From: Candidatus Latescibacterota bacterium
Lineage (GTDB): Bacteria; Latescibacterota; UBA2968; GCA-2709665
Length of the DNA stretch: 64,000 bases
Reading direction: 5' to 3'
NCBI GenBank assembly: GCA_965203805.1
Contig: OZ241917.1
Location: 4,800,001-4,864,000, forward strand
The notes below the pieces were generated by a model, which did no database searches, had not been told where the DNA came from, and was given only the letters and a program-made list of their open reading frames with translations. Of this stretch, positions 30,484-39,930 are shown piece by piece. How positions within the stretch are numbered: position 1 is the first letter of the stretch; each line of letters begins with the position of its first letter. The position numbers and the translations under genes were made by a program.

Positions 30484-32247
30484 ATGGATTTCCTCGTCCG
30501 GTTCTACCGCATTCTGGAAGGTAAACGTCTTCTCGTCGCCCTAACCGTTGCGTGCGGACTCCTGTTTGCCGCCGCCAACCTTCTGCCACCGCTGCTCATC
30601 AGAGAACTCATCCGCTGGCTGACGGAAGGCGCCGCCGGCGCCGACCTGCTTCGGATCAGCCTGCTTCTTGCAGGGGTCTACCTTTTCAGGGGTGCAACCA
30701 GATACGGTTATGGGTTCTTTTCCCACATTGCCGCCTATCGCGTGATGCATGATCTGATGGTGAGGATTTACCGGCACCTGCAGAACCTTCCCCACCGGTT
30801 TTTCAACAGGCAGCGGACAGGAAATCTCATCTCAAGATCGATCAACGACGTCGAAGCCCTCGAAGACTTCGTGGCTCACGGCGTCCCTGAGACGGCGCTG
30901 GCTGCGATCATACCTCTTTCAATGACTGTTGTGCTGTTCACCCTGAACCCTGAGCTCGCCCTCATCACCCTGATCCCCATTCCGCTGACAACCTTCCTTG
31001 TATACCGTTACGTTTCAAAGGTACGCGCCCTCTGGAGCGCGGTACGGGCGCACCTTGCCGACCTGATCGCGCTTGTCCAGGACAGCTTCGCCGGCATTCC
31101 GGTAATCAAGTCATTCGCGCAGGAACACCGGCGCGCCCGCCTTGTCGAAGCCCAGAGCCGGAAGTTCAGGGACAGCAGCGTTACTGCCAACCGAATCTCG
31201 CTTCTACCCGCCGGCATCATCGAGGCCACCGGCGGAATCGGTATCGTTCTGGTGATCTGGAGCGGCGGCGAAATGGCGCTGGAAGGCGTGATTTCTGTTG
31301 CGGACCTCTTTGTATTCATCGTCTACATGGGGCATATATATCAGCCATTTCTACAACTCGCGTCATTTAACGACATCCTGCAGAAAGCGGCGGCGAGCAC
31401 CGACCGCGTTACCGATCTCCTCGCCGTTGAGTCGGACATCCGTGACGCCCCGGACGCCGTTACGCCGCAAGCCATGTCCTGGGACATCCGGTTCCAGGAC
31501 GTCACCTTCGGATACGATCCCGGGAATCCCGTGCTCTCCGGCGTCGACTTCCACGCAGACGAGGGAGAAATCATCGCACTTGTGGGGCCCACGGGCGCCG
31601 GAAAGACCACCGTTGTCAATCTGATCCCTCGCTTTTACGACCCGCAAAGCGGCGGTGTCTTCATCGGCGGGCACGACGTCCGCACCCTTCCACTGGCCTG
31701 CCTTCGCTCAGGGATCGCGACCGTGTTCCAGGACGTCTTTCTGTTCCATGCCACCGTGCGCGAGAATCTGCTCTTCGGCCGTCCGGACGCGACGGACCGG
31801 CAGGTCCGCGAAGCGGCGCGGGCGGCCAATGCGGAAGCGTTCATCCTGGATCTTCCCGATGGGTACGACACACTCGTCGGGGAGCGGGGCGTCCGGTTGT
31901 CCGGCGGGCAGAAACAGCGGCTTTCCATTGCCCGTGCCGTACTGAAAGACGCGCCGATCCTGATCCTTGACGAAGCCACGTCCTCTGTGGATGCCGAGAC
32001 CGAAATTCTCATTCAGGAAGCCATCGCGCGTCTGACGCGCCACCGCACCACGATTGTGATCGCGCACCGGTTATCGACCGTGCGAAATGCGGACAAGATT
32101 CTCGTCTGCGACGGCGGTCGAATTGTCGAGTCCGGCACCCACGAGAAGCTGATGGTTCAGGATGGCCTTTACACGCGCATGGTGCGGACCCAGGAGATTT
32201 CCCGCGGCTGGCGGATTCCCCAGGCCAGGGAAAACGCGGCCGACTGA
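30484..32247 (+). CDS. ABC exporter, fused TMD-NBD (MsbA/Sav1866-like)
   Basis: N-terminal TM helices; GPTGAGKT, LSGGQKQR, DEATSSVD and IAHRLST motifs. Confidence 0.92.
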   Translation: MDFLVRFYRILEGKRLLVALTVACGLLFAAANLLPPLLIRELIRWLTEGAAGADLLRISLLLAGVYLFRGATRYGYGFFSHIAAYRVMHDLMVRIYRHLQNLPHRFFNRQRTGNLISRSINDVEALEDFVAHGVPETALAAIIPLSMTVVLFTLNPELALITLIPIPLTTFLVYRYVSKVRALWSAVRAHLADLIALVQDSFAGIPVIKSFAQEHRRARLVEAQSRKFRDSSVTANRISLLPAGIIEATGGIGIVLVIWSGGEMALEGVISVADLFVFIVYMGHIYQPFLQLASFNDILQKAAASTDRVTDLLAVESDIRDAPDAVTPQAMSWDIRFQDVTFGYDPGNPVLSGVDFHADEGEIIALVGPTGAGKTTVVNLIPRFYDPQSGGVFIGGHDVRTLPLACLRSGIATVFQDVFLFHATVRENLLFGRPDATDRQVREAARAANAEAFILDLPDGYDTLVGERGVRLSGGQKQRLSIARAVLKDAPILILDEATSSVDAETEILIQEAIARLTRHRTTIVIAHRLSTVRNADKILVCDGGRIVESGTHEKLMVQDGLYTRMVRTQEISRGWRIPQARENAAD

Positions 32248-32365
32248 CCACCTGTCCCGAATTCGCGTTACCGATCCGGTAGTCACTCGAAGTAACGGAA
32301 AGAGATTGAGGGGGCGAACCGACGGATCGCCCCCTCTTCAGCCGCTGACGGCCTGGTGAAACCGC

Positions 32366-33364
32366 TCATTTCTCCCACACCGTCACGTCCGAGAATGCCG
32401 TTCGCGCTCTGTCGCGAGCGACGCGCTGCCCGTACGTGACGGAAGCGCGGAATCCGGCCTGAAAAAGGGCCGCCGCCTTCGGTTCGAACCCTGCGTCGCA
32501 ATAGGCCAGGTACCGGTCCGCTTCCGGAAGCGGCAATGCTTCCAGCAGTTCACAGGCGCGGTCCCAGAAACGCGGGTGGCAGTACACGTCTACCACGCAG
32601 CTTGAAGGCCACAGACTGTCGAAGGACCACATCGCCAGACCCGCCACGGCCGTCGTCTCCCGTTGTCGAAGCACGATCACGCGCGGGGGCCTTCCGTCCG
32701 CTTTTCGCGCTGCCGCATCGCGAATGAACGGAAGAAGCGGGCTTTCGGTGGATTGCCGTCCGAAAAGCCGCATGCCCGCACACCGCGTCACACCCGGAAA
32801 ATCACCGGCAAAAAGGGCCGTCGACGCCGGCCAGTCCCGCCAGTCCAGCCCGGCCGCATCCGCCTGTCCTTTCGCGAAATAATCCCTCTCGAATTCTTCC
32901 TTCGACGCCGTGTAGAATTCCATGTAGCCGCTTTGGGACTCCAGGCCTTCGAAGCCATGCGCCCGGTAGATGTGATAAGGGGGCGAGTCGAAGCCTGTCC
33001 CGAGGTAGAGCGCCTGCCCGCCTCGTCTTCTGAAATGATCCATTGTGATGCGCATCAGTTTCATCGCGGCCAGCTTCCGCCTGTCCTCCGGTCTCGTATA
33101 CACGTGTCCGAATATGCCTGCCCCCCGGGTTTCGACGGTGGTCATATTGGCAAACGGAATCCCGTTGCGATGCAGAACGTAGAAGTACGCCTCGACATCC
33201 AGGCGCTTCCGAAGCACCATCGTGTTTCCCCAGCGCCAGATCTCGCCCTTGTGCTCCAGCAACGCCTCGATCCGATCCGCCCAGTCCGGATCGGGTCCCT
33301 TCACAACGCCCGCATCCACGGATTCGCCGGATTTCAGTCTGATTGTATCAATGTGCTCGTACAT
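32366..33364 (-). CDS. GNAT-fold acetyltransferase-like protein
   Basis: HVYTRPEDRR motif-A-like segment and IY..HGF. Confidence 0.6.
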   Translation of the reverse strand: MYEHIDTIRLKSGESVDAGVVKGPDPDWADRIEALLEHKGEIWRWGNTMVLRKRLDVEAYFYVLHRNGIPFANMTTVETRGAGIFGHVYTRPEDRRKLAAMKLMRITMDHFRRRGGQALYLGTGFDSPPYHIYRAHGFEGLESQSGYMEFYTASKEEFERDYFAKGQADAAGLDWRDWPASTALFAGDFPGVTRCAGMRLFGRQSTESPLLPFIRDAAARKADGRPPRVIVLRQRETTAVAGLAMWSFDSLWPSSCVVDVYCHPRFWDRACELLEALPLPEADRYLAYCDAGFEPKAAALFQAGFRASVTYGQRVARDRARTAFSDVTVWEK

Positions 33365-33436
33365 CTCAATCCTCGTCTCCGGATCCGGACGCCGGAGTCC
33401 ATGCGGTCCGCCTGCCCGCGAATCGCGGAACCGGGA

Positions 33437-34951
33437 TTATCTCGCCCACTCCGGCAACCCTGTCAGCTCGATGCCCAGTGCCGGCCCGCCAAGTGCATAT
33501 ATGGCGCCCGCAATGATCGCGACCCCGGTCAGATTCAGGATCAACCCCATGCGGACCATATCCTTCATGCGAACACGGTCCGTGCCGAATACGATCGCAT
33601 TGGGCGGCGTAGCCACGGGCAGCATGAATGCGAAGGAGCAGGAAAGTGTGGCAGGGACCATCAACAGAAGGGGATTCACCTGTATCGCGACGCCCAGCCC
33701 CGCCAGAATGGGGAGAAACATCTCTGCCGTTGCGGTATTGGACGTCAACTCGGTCAGAAACGTAATCATCAGGCAAAGGACGGCCACCAGCAACATGGGA
33801 TGGACCGCGCTGAGCCCGGCCAGGCGATGCCCGAACCACATCGACAGACCCGAGTCCTTGAACCCCGTCGCCAGGGCGAAACCCCCACCGAAGAGCAGTA
33901 CGATATGCCATGGCAGCTTCGCCACCGTTTCCCGATCCAGGATCTTTTCCGCGGAAGCGCCGCGGGCGGGAACGAGAAAGAGCAGCAGCGCCATTCCCAT
34001 TGCGACCGTGCCGTCATTCAGAAACGCGCCGCCCGGAAACAGCCCCGACCACCCCGGGATTACCGTATCGCCGATCCGGATCTCGTTCCGGAAGAGCCAG
34101 AGGAGCGCCAGCAGCACGAAGTTCGCCAGAACGACCGCTTCCTCGTAAGAGAGCGGCCCCAGCGCTCTGTATTGATCCCGCAGAACACGCTGATCGAAAG
34201 TCTTCGCCTGCCTGCCGCCGGCGTGCAGATGACTCAACAGCAGCCACGCCAGAACAAGGAAGAACACGGAAACCGGAAATGCGAAGAGGAACCAGCCCGC
34301 GAACGAAATCTCCTGCGCACCAGGGAAGTGAATGTTCAGAATCCGGGCGAACGAGAGATTCGGCGGCGTACCCACCAGCGTTGCCACACCACCGATGGAT
34401 GCGCTGTACGCCACACCGAGAAACAGGCCGGTTGCAAATCGCCCCTGTTGCGTTCCCTCCTCCAGCTTCAACACCACCGCCAGGACGATCGGCACCATCA
34501 TCATCGTGGTTGCCGTATTGGAGATCCACATCGACAAAAAAGCCGTGGACACCATGAATCCCAGGAGAATCCGCCGCGGACGAACGCCGCACCACAGGAG
34601 CACGCGCAATGCGATCCGCCGATGCAGATTCCAGCGCTGCATGGCCAGCGCAACCATGAAACCGCCGATGAACAGCAGAATGACGTGGTTGAAATAGATA
34701 GGCGCGACCTTTTTGCCATCCATAATTCCGAACAGCGGGAACAACACGACCGGGAGCAGCGCGGTGGCCGCCAGCGGAACCGCTTCCGTCATCCACCATA
34801 CGGCCATCAGCAGGGCGACGGCCGCCGTCCTTGTCACGACCGGCCGGCCGGGATCCAGATCGAAGAACAGGAGAAGCCCGATTGCCAGAACCGGTCCCGC
34901 GATCAGCCCGATTTTCTGCATCCTCGTGCCGGAATGTCTCTGCAGATCCAT
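33437..34951 (-). CDS. SLC13/DASS di-/tricarboxylate:Na+ symporter
   Basis: SMWISNTAT, GTPPN, TELTSNTAT and LPVATPPNAI motifs. Confidence 0.92.
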   Translation of the reverse strand: MDLQRHSGTRMQKIGLIAGPVLAIGLLLFFDLDPGRPVVTRTAAVALLMAVWWMTEAVPLAATALLPVVLFPLFGIMDGKKVAPIYFNHVILLFIGGFMVALAMQRWNLHRRIALRVLLWCGVRPRRILLGFMVSTAFLSMWISNTATTMMMVPIVLAVVLKLEEGTQQGRFATGLFLGVAYSASIGGVATLVGTPPNLSFARILNIHFPGAQEISFAGWFLFAFPVSVFFLVLAWLLLSHLHAGGRQAKTFDQRVLRDQYRALGPLSYEEAVVLANFVLLALLWLFRNEIRIGDTVIPGWSGLFPGGAFLNDGTVAMGMALLLFLVPARGASAEKILDRETVAKLPWHIVLLFGGGFALATGFKDSGLSMWFGHRLAGLSAVHPMLLVAVLCLMITFLTELTSNTATAEMFLPILAGLGVAIQVNPLLLMVPATLSCSFAFMLPVATPPNAIVFGTDRVRMKDMVRMGLILNLTGVAIIAGAIYALGGPALGIELTGLPEWAR

Positions 34952-35031
34952 AGTCGCGCCCCCGATGGCCGGTGTTTCGCCAACGGCACAATATATGCAC
35001 GCGCCGCCACCGGAAAAGCGCAAAATGCCCA

Positions 35032-35060
35032 TTGACATCCCGCCTGCCTTGACCTACATT
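35032..35060 (+). promoter_or_regulatory. Sigma70-type promoter
   Basis: TTGACA-N17-TACATT upstream of the tandem oxidoreductases. Confidence 0.6.
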
Positions 35061-35121
35061 GCATCCCGCTCGATTTCTTATGATCGCGGCCAGTGGGGTT
35101 CAGCAAATACAGAGGCGGTGG

Positions 35122-36195
35122 ATGAAGAACGGGAAGTTCGGTTTCGGGATTATCGGCTGCGGAGTGATCGCCCCCACACATCGCCAGGCCATCGATGCCT
35201 GCGACGCGGCCGAACTCGTGGCGGTCTGCGATACCGACGAAAAGCAGGTCCGGTCGTTTCTCGCCGGCATGGACGGCGCTGCGGCGGGGATTCGCACGTA
35301 TTCAGACTATAGAGAACTGGTCCGGGACCGGAATGTGGACATCGTCAGCGTATGCACGCCCTCGGGGCTGCACTGGGAAGGCGTGACCGCAGCCGCGAGG
35401 GCCGGAAAGCACGTACTTTGCGAGAAGCCGCTCGAAATCGACGCCGGCCGCATGACCGACATGACGGCGGCCTGCCGCGAAGCCGGGGTGAAGCTCGGAT
35501 GCGTCTTCCAGAGCCGCACCAGTCCGGACATGATGAGGGCGCGCAAAGCCATTCAGGACGGCCTGCTGGGTCAGGTGATTCTGGCCGACGCCTATCTCAA
35601 GGACTACCGGTCTCACGCCTACTACCGGAGCGCGGGCTGGAGGGGCACCTGGTCGCTGGACGGCGGCGGCGCCCTCATGAACCAGGGCGTTCACGGCGTC
35701 GACCTTCTCCTCTGGCTTACGGGAAGCCCGGTTGAATCGGTATTCGCGCGGGCAGAGCATAAGGTGCGCGACATTGAAGTGGAAGACACGGCCGTGGCCA
35801 ATCTGAAATTCAGAAGCGGCGCGTTCGGCGCCCTCATCGGCACCACGTCGTGCAACCCCGGCGAAGCCCGCCGCATCGAGTTGCACGGAGACCGGGGCAC
35901 CATCACGGTAAGCGGCAGTTCGATTTCCCGCTGGGCGCACACCCGGGAAGAAGACGGCCGCGCCGAAGACACCGAACCGCCCAAAGCAATCGAAATCGAA
36001 GGCGCGGTGGCCGATCCCGGTGACATCGGCAGCGCCGGCCACGTCTACCTTGTGGAAGACCTTGTCCGGGCTATCCGGGAAGACCGCGACCCTTACGTTA
36101 CGGGCGAATCCGCCCGCGGCGCCATAGACCTCATCCTGGCGATCTACGAGTCCGCACGAACGGGCAGGGAAGTCGAAGTCCGGCACGAAGGCTGA
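35122..36195 (+). CDS. Gfo/Idh/MocA oxidoreductase
   Basis: GCGVIA, CTPSGLH, CEKP and GGGALMNQGVH motifs. Confidence 0.92.
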   Translation: MKNGKFGFGIIGCGVIAPTHRQAIDACDAAELVAVCDTDEKQVRSFLAGMDGAAAGIRTYSDYRELVRDRNVDIVSVCTPSGLHWEGVTAAARAGKHVLCEKPLEIDAGRMTDMTAACREAGVKLGCVFQSRTSPDMMRARKAIQDGLLGQVILADAYLKDYRSHAYYRSAGWRGTWSLDGGGALMNQGVHGVDLLLWLTGSPVESVFARAEHKVRDIEVEDTAVANLKFRSGAFGALIGTTSCNPGEARRIELHGDRGTITVSGSSISRWAHTREEDGRAEDTEPPKAIEIEGAVADPGDIGSAGHVYLVEDLVRAIREDRDPYVTGESARGAIDLILAIYESARTGREVEVRHEG

Positions 36196-36254
36196 ACCGG
36201 GCGGTCCCTGCGCGGCATGCCGTGCACCAACCCCGAAAAGGAACGATTCCCAAT

Positions 36255-37313
36255 ATGGCCAGACAGACCAAACTCGGCTGGGGCATCATTGGCGCCGGAA
36301 TGATCGCGGGTCATTTCAGGTCGGCAATCGACGCGTGCCCCAACGCGGAACTCGTTGCGGTCTGCAACTATAATGAGGAGAAGGGAAGGAAATTCGCGTT
36401 CGAGTCCGGCGGCATCCGGTTTTACAGACACTATCAGGACCTGGTCGCGGACCCGAATGTGCACATCGCCGGGATCTGCACCCCGTCCGGCATGCACGCG
36501 GACAACGTGATTGCGGCCGCCGGCGCCGGCGTGCATTCCCTTTGTGAGAAACCGCTGGACGTCACGCGTGAGAAAATGGATCGGATGATCGGAGCCTGTC
36601 GCGATGCCGGCGTCAAACTCGGCTGTATTTTTCAGAGTCGAACCAGCGACGAAGCGATAAGGGTGCGAAACGCCGTCAGGAACGGAGATCTGGGCAAACT
36701 GGTGCTGGCCGACGCCCTGTTGAAGAATTACCGCTCACAAGAGTACTACGACAGCGCCGGATGGCGGGGAACCTGGAAACACGACGGCGGCGGCGCGCTG
36801 ATGAACCAGGGGGTCCACGGCGTGGATCTCTTGTTGTGGCTGATCGACGACGACGTGGAATCCGTCTTCGCCCGCGCCGAACACAAGGTGCGCGACATCG
36901 AGGTGGAAGATACCGCCGTTGCCACCATCAAATACAGGAGCGGCGCGTTCGGAACGCTCATCGGCACCACTTCCTGCAATCCCGGAGAGGCGACGCGGCT
37001 TGAAATTCACGGTGATTCCGGGACCATCACCATGAGTGGTACCGAAATCACGCGCTGGGCCACCACCACCGAGGAAGACGGACGCGCGGTTGACGCGTTT
37101 CCACCAAGGCAGATCGGCGCGGCCGGGAACGTGGGGACCGCCAGCGCCGTCGCGCCCGGCCACGGCTTTCTGGTAGACGACATCACCCGCGCCGTCCTGG
37201 AAGACCGGGAGCCCCATATCCCGGGGGAGTCGGCGCGGAAGTCGGTGGACCTGATCCTGGCCATCTACGAATCCGCACGGACCGGACAGGAGATTTTCAT
37301 GGACTCGTGGTAG
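36255..37313 (+). CDS. Gfo/Idh/MocA oxidoreductase (tandem paralog)
   Basis: Same motifs; long segments nearly identical at protein level to 35122-36195. Confidence 0.92.
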   Translation: MARQTKLGWGIIGAGMIAGHFRSAIDACPNAELVAVCNYNEEKGRKFAFESGGIRFYRHYQDLVADPNVHIAGICTPSGMHADNVIAAAGAGVHSLCEKPLDVTREKMDRMIGACRDAGVKLGCIFQSRTSDEAIRVRNAVRNGDLGKLVLADALLKNYRSQEYYDSAGWRGTWKHDGGGALMNQGVHGVDLLLWLIDDDVESVFARAEHKVRDIEVEDTAVATIKYRSGAFGTLIGTTSCNPGEATRLEIHGDSGTITMSGTEITRWATTTEEDGRAVDAFPPRQIGAAGNVGTASAVAPGHGFLVDDITRAVLEDREPHIPGESARKSVDLILAIYESARTGQEIFMDSW

Positions 37314-37500
37314 GCGTCATGAACCAAGCGTCCTGTCCCAAAAATACCTCACCATTCTTCCGACGATACATCCCGTCTCGCTGCGTACCTCCCGCTCGCC
37401 GACCCTACCCATGTCGCCTGCTGGCGGACAAAACGCCTTTGGATCTAACCTACTGGGGGACAAGGGCTATATCTCTTCCATCATCTTTCATTTTCTCTTC

Positions 37501-37523
37501 GTCCTTTTTCTTGCACGCCCAAG
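37501..37523 (+). repeat. Left half of the palindromic repeat interrupted by IS110
   Basis: GTCCTTTTTCTTGCACGCCCAAG joined to 39142-39149 restores the hairpin GTCCTTTTTCTTG-CACGCC-CAAGGAAAGGAC. Confidence 0.75.
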
Positions 37524-37597
37524 AAAACGTCGTTGGCGCGCTTGGCGCCACTTGCGGTGGCAGGAACTGTGAGCAGAGCGTATCTTTGTCTTAGCGA

Positions 37598-37739
37598 CCG
37601 GGAGTCGAGGCCGTGTTCTAATTGGTGGATGATACCCCGTAAGAAAACGTGGTCCAGGGATCTGTGCGGACTTGAGATTGGTGACACCCTTGGGTGATCC
37701 CGTTTAGGAAAGTGATGTGACCGCCATCCCCCCTCCCGG
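37598..37739 (-). ncRNA. Putative IS110 bridge RNA, antisense to the recombinase
   Basis: Enclosed by a CCGGGAG/CTCCCGG 7-bp stem; carries guide-like matches to target (37706-37712, 37671-37676) and donor (37642-37650, 37618-37621), each pair separated by a hairpin. Confidence 0.7.
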
Positions 37740-37762
37740 AAACCCATAAGGAGGAGGACACC

Positions 37763-39133
37763 ATGGTTGGCAAAGGTACCCCCAGGAAGTCTCGGAAGCC
37801 AAAGGGTTTGTCCACGGTGCATACGCGTGCTGCCGGTGTTGACGTTGGATCCCGGTTTCACGTTGTTGCCGTGCCTGAGGATTTGTGTGCAGAACCCGTA
37901 CAAACGTATCAGAGTTTTACCGGCGACCTACACCGGTTAGGGGATTGGCTGGAGGCGGTTGGCATCACGACGGTGGCGATGGAATCGACCGGTATCTATT
38001 GGATTCCGCTATTTGAAATCCTCGAAGCCCGTGGCCTGGAAGTGTTATTGGTCAACGCAAGGGATGTGAAGCAGGTACCGGGTCGCAAAACCGACGTCAA
38101 CGATGCGCAGTGGCTCCAGCAGTTGCATCAATACGGGCTGTTGCGTGGTAGTTTTCGTCCAGCGCAAGAGGTGGCCACGTTGCGTGCGTATCTGCGTCAC
38201 CGTGAGGGATTGGTTTCCTATGCGGCCGCCCACATTCAACACATGCAGAAGGCGCTGATGCAGATGAACCTTCAGTTGCACCACGTGCTTTCTGACATTA
38301 CCGGTGTGACGGGTATGGCCATTATGCGGGCGATCGTGGCCGGCAACCACGACCCGCGCCAGTTGGCGAGTATGCGGGATAGACGCTGCAAAGCGCCGAT
38401 CGAAACCGTGGAAGCCGCCTTGACGGGACACTATCAGCCAGAGCACTTGTTTGCCCTGCGTCAGGCCATTGAGTTATATGATATCTACCAGGCCAAAATG
38501 GCCGAGTGTGACAAGGCCATTGAGGCTGCCTTGGCACGCCTGCATCCGGCCGAAGCGGTGTTGCCTGACAGTTCCACCCGGCCCAAGCCACGCCGTCGGA
38601 AGCCGAAGACCAACCAGCCTGGATTTGACATCCACACGGCCATGGTCACGCTGTTGGGCACGGATCTGACCCAGATCCACGGATTTGCACCCTATACGGT
38701 CTTGCGACTGGTCGGCGAGTGCGGCACCGATATGAGCCGGTGGCCCACAGCGAAGCATTTTACCTCGTGGCTCACGCTGTGTCCCGGCAGCAAGATCTCG
38801 GGGGGCAAGCTGCTTTGTTCCAGGACGCGGCGTTCGAACAATCGGGCAGCCACGGTCTTTCGCATGGCAGCGCTCAACGTCGGTAAGACCTCCACGGCCC
38901 TGGGCGCTTTCTATCGACGCTTGGCCGCACGCGCGGGCAGAGCCAAGGCCATCACCGCCACGGCACGTAAACTCGCCGTGTTGTTTTACAACACGTTACG
39001 TTATGGAATCGATTATTGCGATCCGGGCGTCGACGCTTACGAAACGCAACACCGCCAACGAATGCTCAACGGCCTGCGCCGACGCGCGAAAGCACTGGGG
39101 TACGACATCTCATTGGCTGCTTCCCCAACGTAG
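37763..39133 (+). CDS. IS110-family DEDD recombinase/transposase
   Basis: RuvC-like GVDVG, MESTG and KTDVND residues; Tnp-domain Ser in CPGSKISGGK; ATARKLA; GGAGGAGG RBS. Confidence 0.95.
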   Translation: MVGKGTPRKSRKPKGLSTVHTRAAGVDVGSRFHVVAVPEDLCAEPVQTYQSFTGDLHRLGDWLEAVGITTVAMESTGIYWIPLFEILEARGLEVLLVNARDVKQVPGRKTDVNDAQWLQQLHQYGLLRGSFRPAQEVATLRAYLRHREGLVSYAAAHIQHMQKALMQMNLQLHHVLSDITGVTGMAIMRAIVAGNHDPRQLASMRDRRCKAPIETVEAALTGHYQPEHLFALRQAIELYDIYQAKMAECDKAIEAALARLHPAEAVLPDSSTRPKPRRRKPKTNQPGFDIHTAMVTLLGTDLTQIHGFAPYTVLRLVGECGTDMSRWPTAKHFTSWLTLCPGSKISGGKLLCSRTRRSNNRAATVFRMAALNVGKTSTALGAFYRRLAARAGRAKAITATARKLAVLFYNTLRYGIDYCDPGVDAYETQHRQRMLNGLRRRAKALGYDISLAASPT

Positions 39134-39162
39134 TTCCTTAGGAAAGGACCAAAAAGAACGGC

Positions 39163-39243
39163 GCCTGCCTGCCGAGCAGGCTTCGGCGCAGGCAGGCCGC
39201 TCGGCGCCTGTCTGCGTGCGTGAGACAGCACGCACAGGCAGGC
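39163..39243. repeat. Two CCTGYCTGC...CAGGCAGG short palindromes
   Basis: 39163-39197 GCCTGCCTGC...GCAGGCAGGC and 39206-39243 GCCTGTCTGCGTGC...GCACGCACAGGCAGGC. Confidence 0.75.
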
Positions 39244-39471
39244 GGGGCCGGTTTTTCCGTGAACTACCTCAGTGGCGCCAATGGAAATTGGATGCCCTTT
39301 CACCGAAACCGCCCATCCCGAACGATGTTGCTGGACGGAGTAGCACGGAAAAACCCCTCCCTTCACCACCTTGCGGAAAGAAGGTCGTCCGGGGAGTTCT
39401 TCCTGGCGGATTCACGTGGGTCCGCCGTTTGTCTTTTGTCCTTGATTTAAGCCGACAGCTTTCGTCTGATC

Positions 39472-39748
39472 GCTAACGGCTGTCGTCATCATACAGGTAC
39501 CAATCGGTCTACAACGGTACGTCCCGACCGGAGAACTACCAGAGCAGAGCGCGCTGATCCGTCAAGCTACGCGGTTTGATTTGCTACTGATGGTGACAGG
39601 CCAGAGTATCCCGTGCATACTGTGAGGGTGTTCGCGCTGTGCATATGGCAGGCCCCGCGCCCAGCGGCGACTTTTGGTTCCTTTTGGTCGCTTCAAAAGG
39701 AACCCGCCGGAGGCAGGGAATTTGGGGAGATGTGGATGTTGAATTTGA
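39472..39748 (+). repeat. 277-bp non-coding repeat, copy A
   Basis: Gap-free inverted match to 52200-52476; contains the hairpin GTTCCTTTTG-GTCGCTT-CAAAAGGAAC. Confidence 0.9.
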
Positions 39749-39930
39749 CCTTCGTCTTATAGTTCAGGCTGACGGTTGACAACTTAGGGTTGATTGCTGG
39801 TTTTCTCCGGCCGAATTCAGGCAGCTTATTGCCGGGACGGAACACCGCGTCACGCAGACACATCGAAAGGAACAGCCGGTTGCGACACCCGCAGCCGGCT
39901 GTTCCCTTCGTTCCCCGATGTCGCGCGTCT

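Larger units (their letters stand above)
37524..39141 (+). mobile_element. Complete IS110-family element, about 1.62 kb, AG (CT) core, no TIRs
   Basis: AG at 37522-37523 and 39140-39141; excision restores the flanking hairpin; long 5' non-coding end, with only 8 nt after the transposase stop. Confidence 0.8.

Noticed and set aside
32663-35035. 790-aa plus-strand ORF, and similar long shadow ORFs at 40979-42514, 13591-14880 and 42539-43777
   Set aside because: They are antisense to well-supported genes in high-GC DNA and have no recognisable motifs
37587-37594. TTAG at 37591-37594 and 39138-39141 as the IS110 core and left boundary
   Set aside because: The AG boundary at 37522-37523 restores the flanking hairpin and gives a 9/9 donor-guide match; the TTAG boundary does neither
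39472-39748. The 277-bp repeat pair as a DGR TR/VR or a CRISPR array
   Set aside because: The mismatches are not adenine-specific, neither copy is in a CDS, and there is no repeat-spacer periodicity
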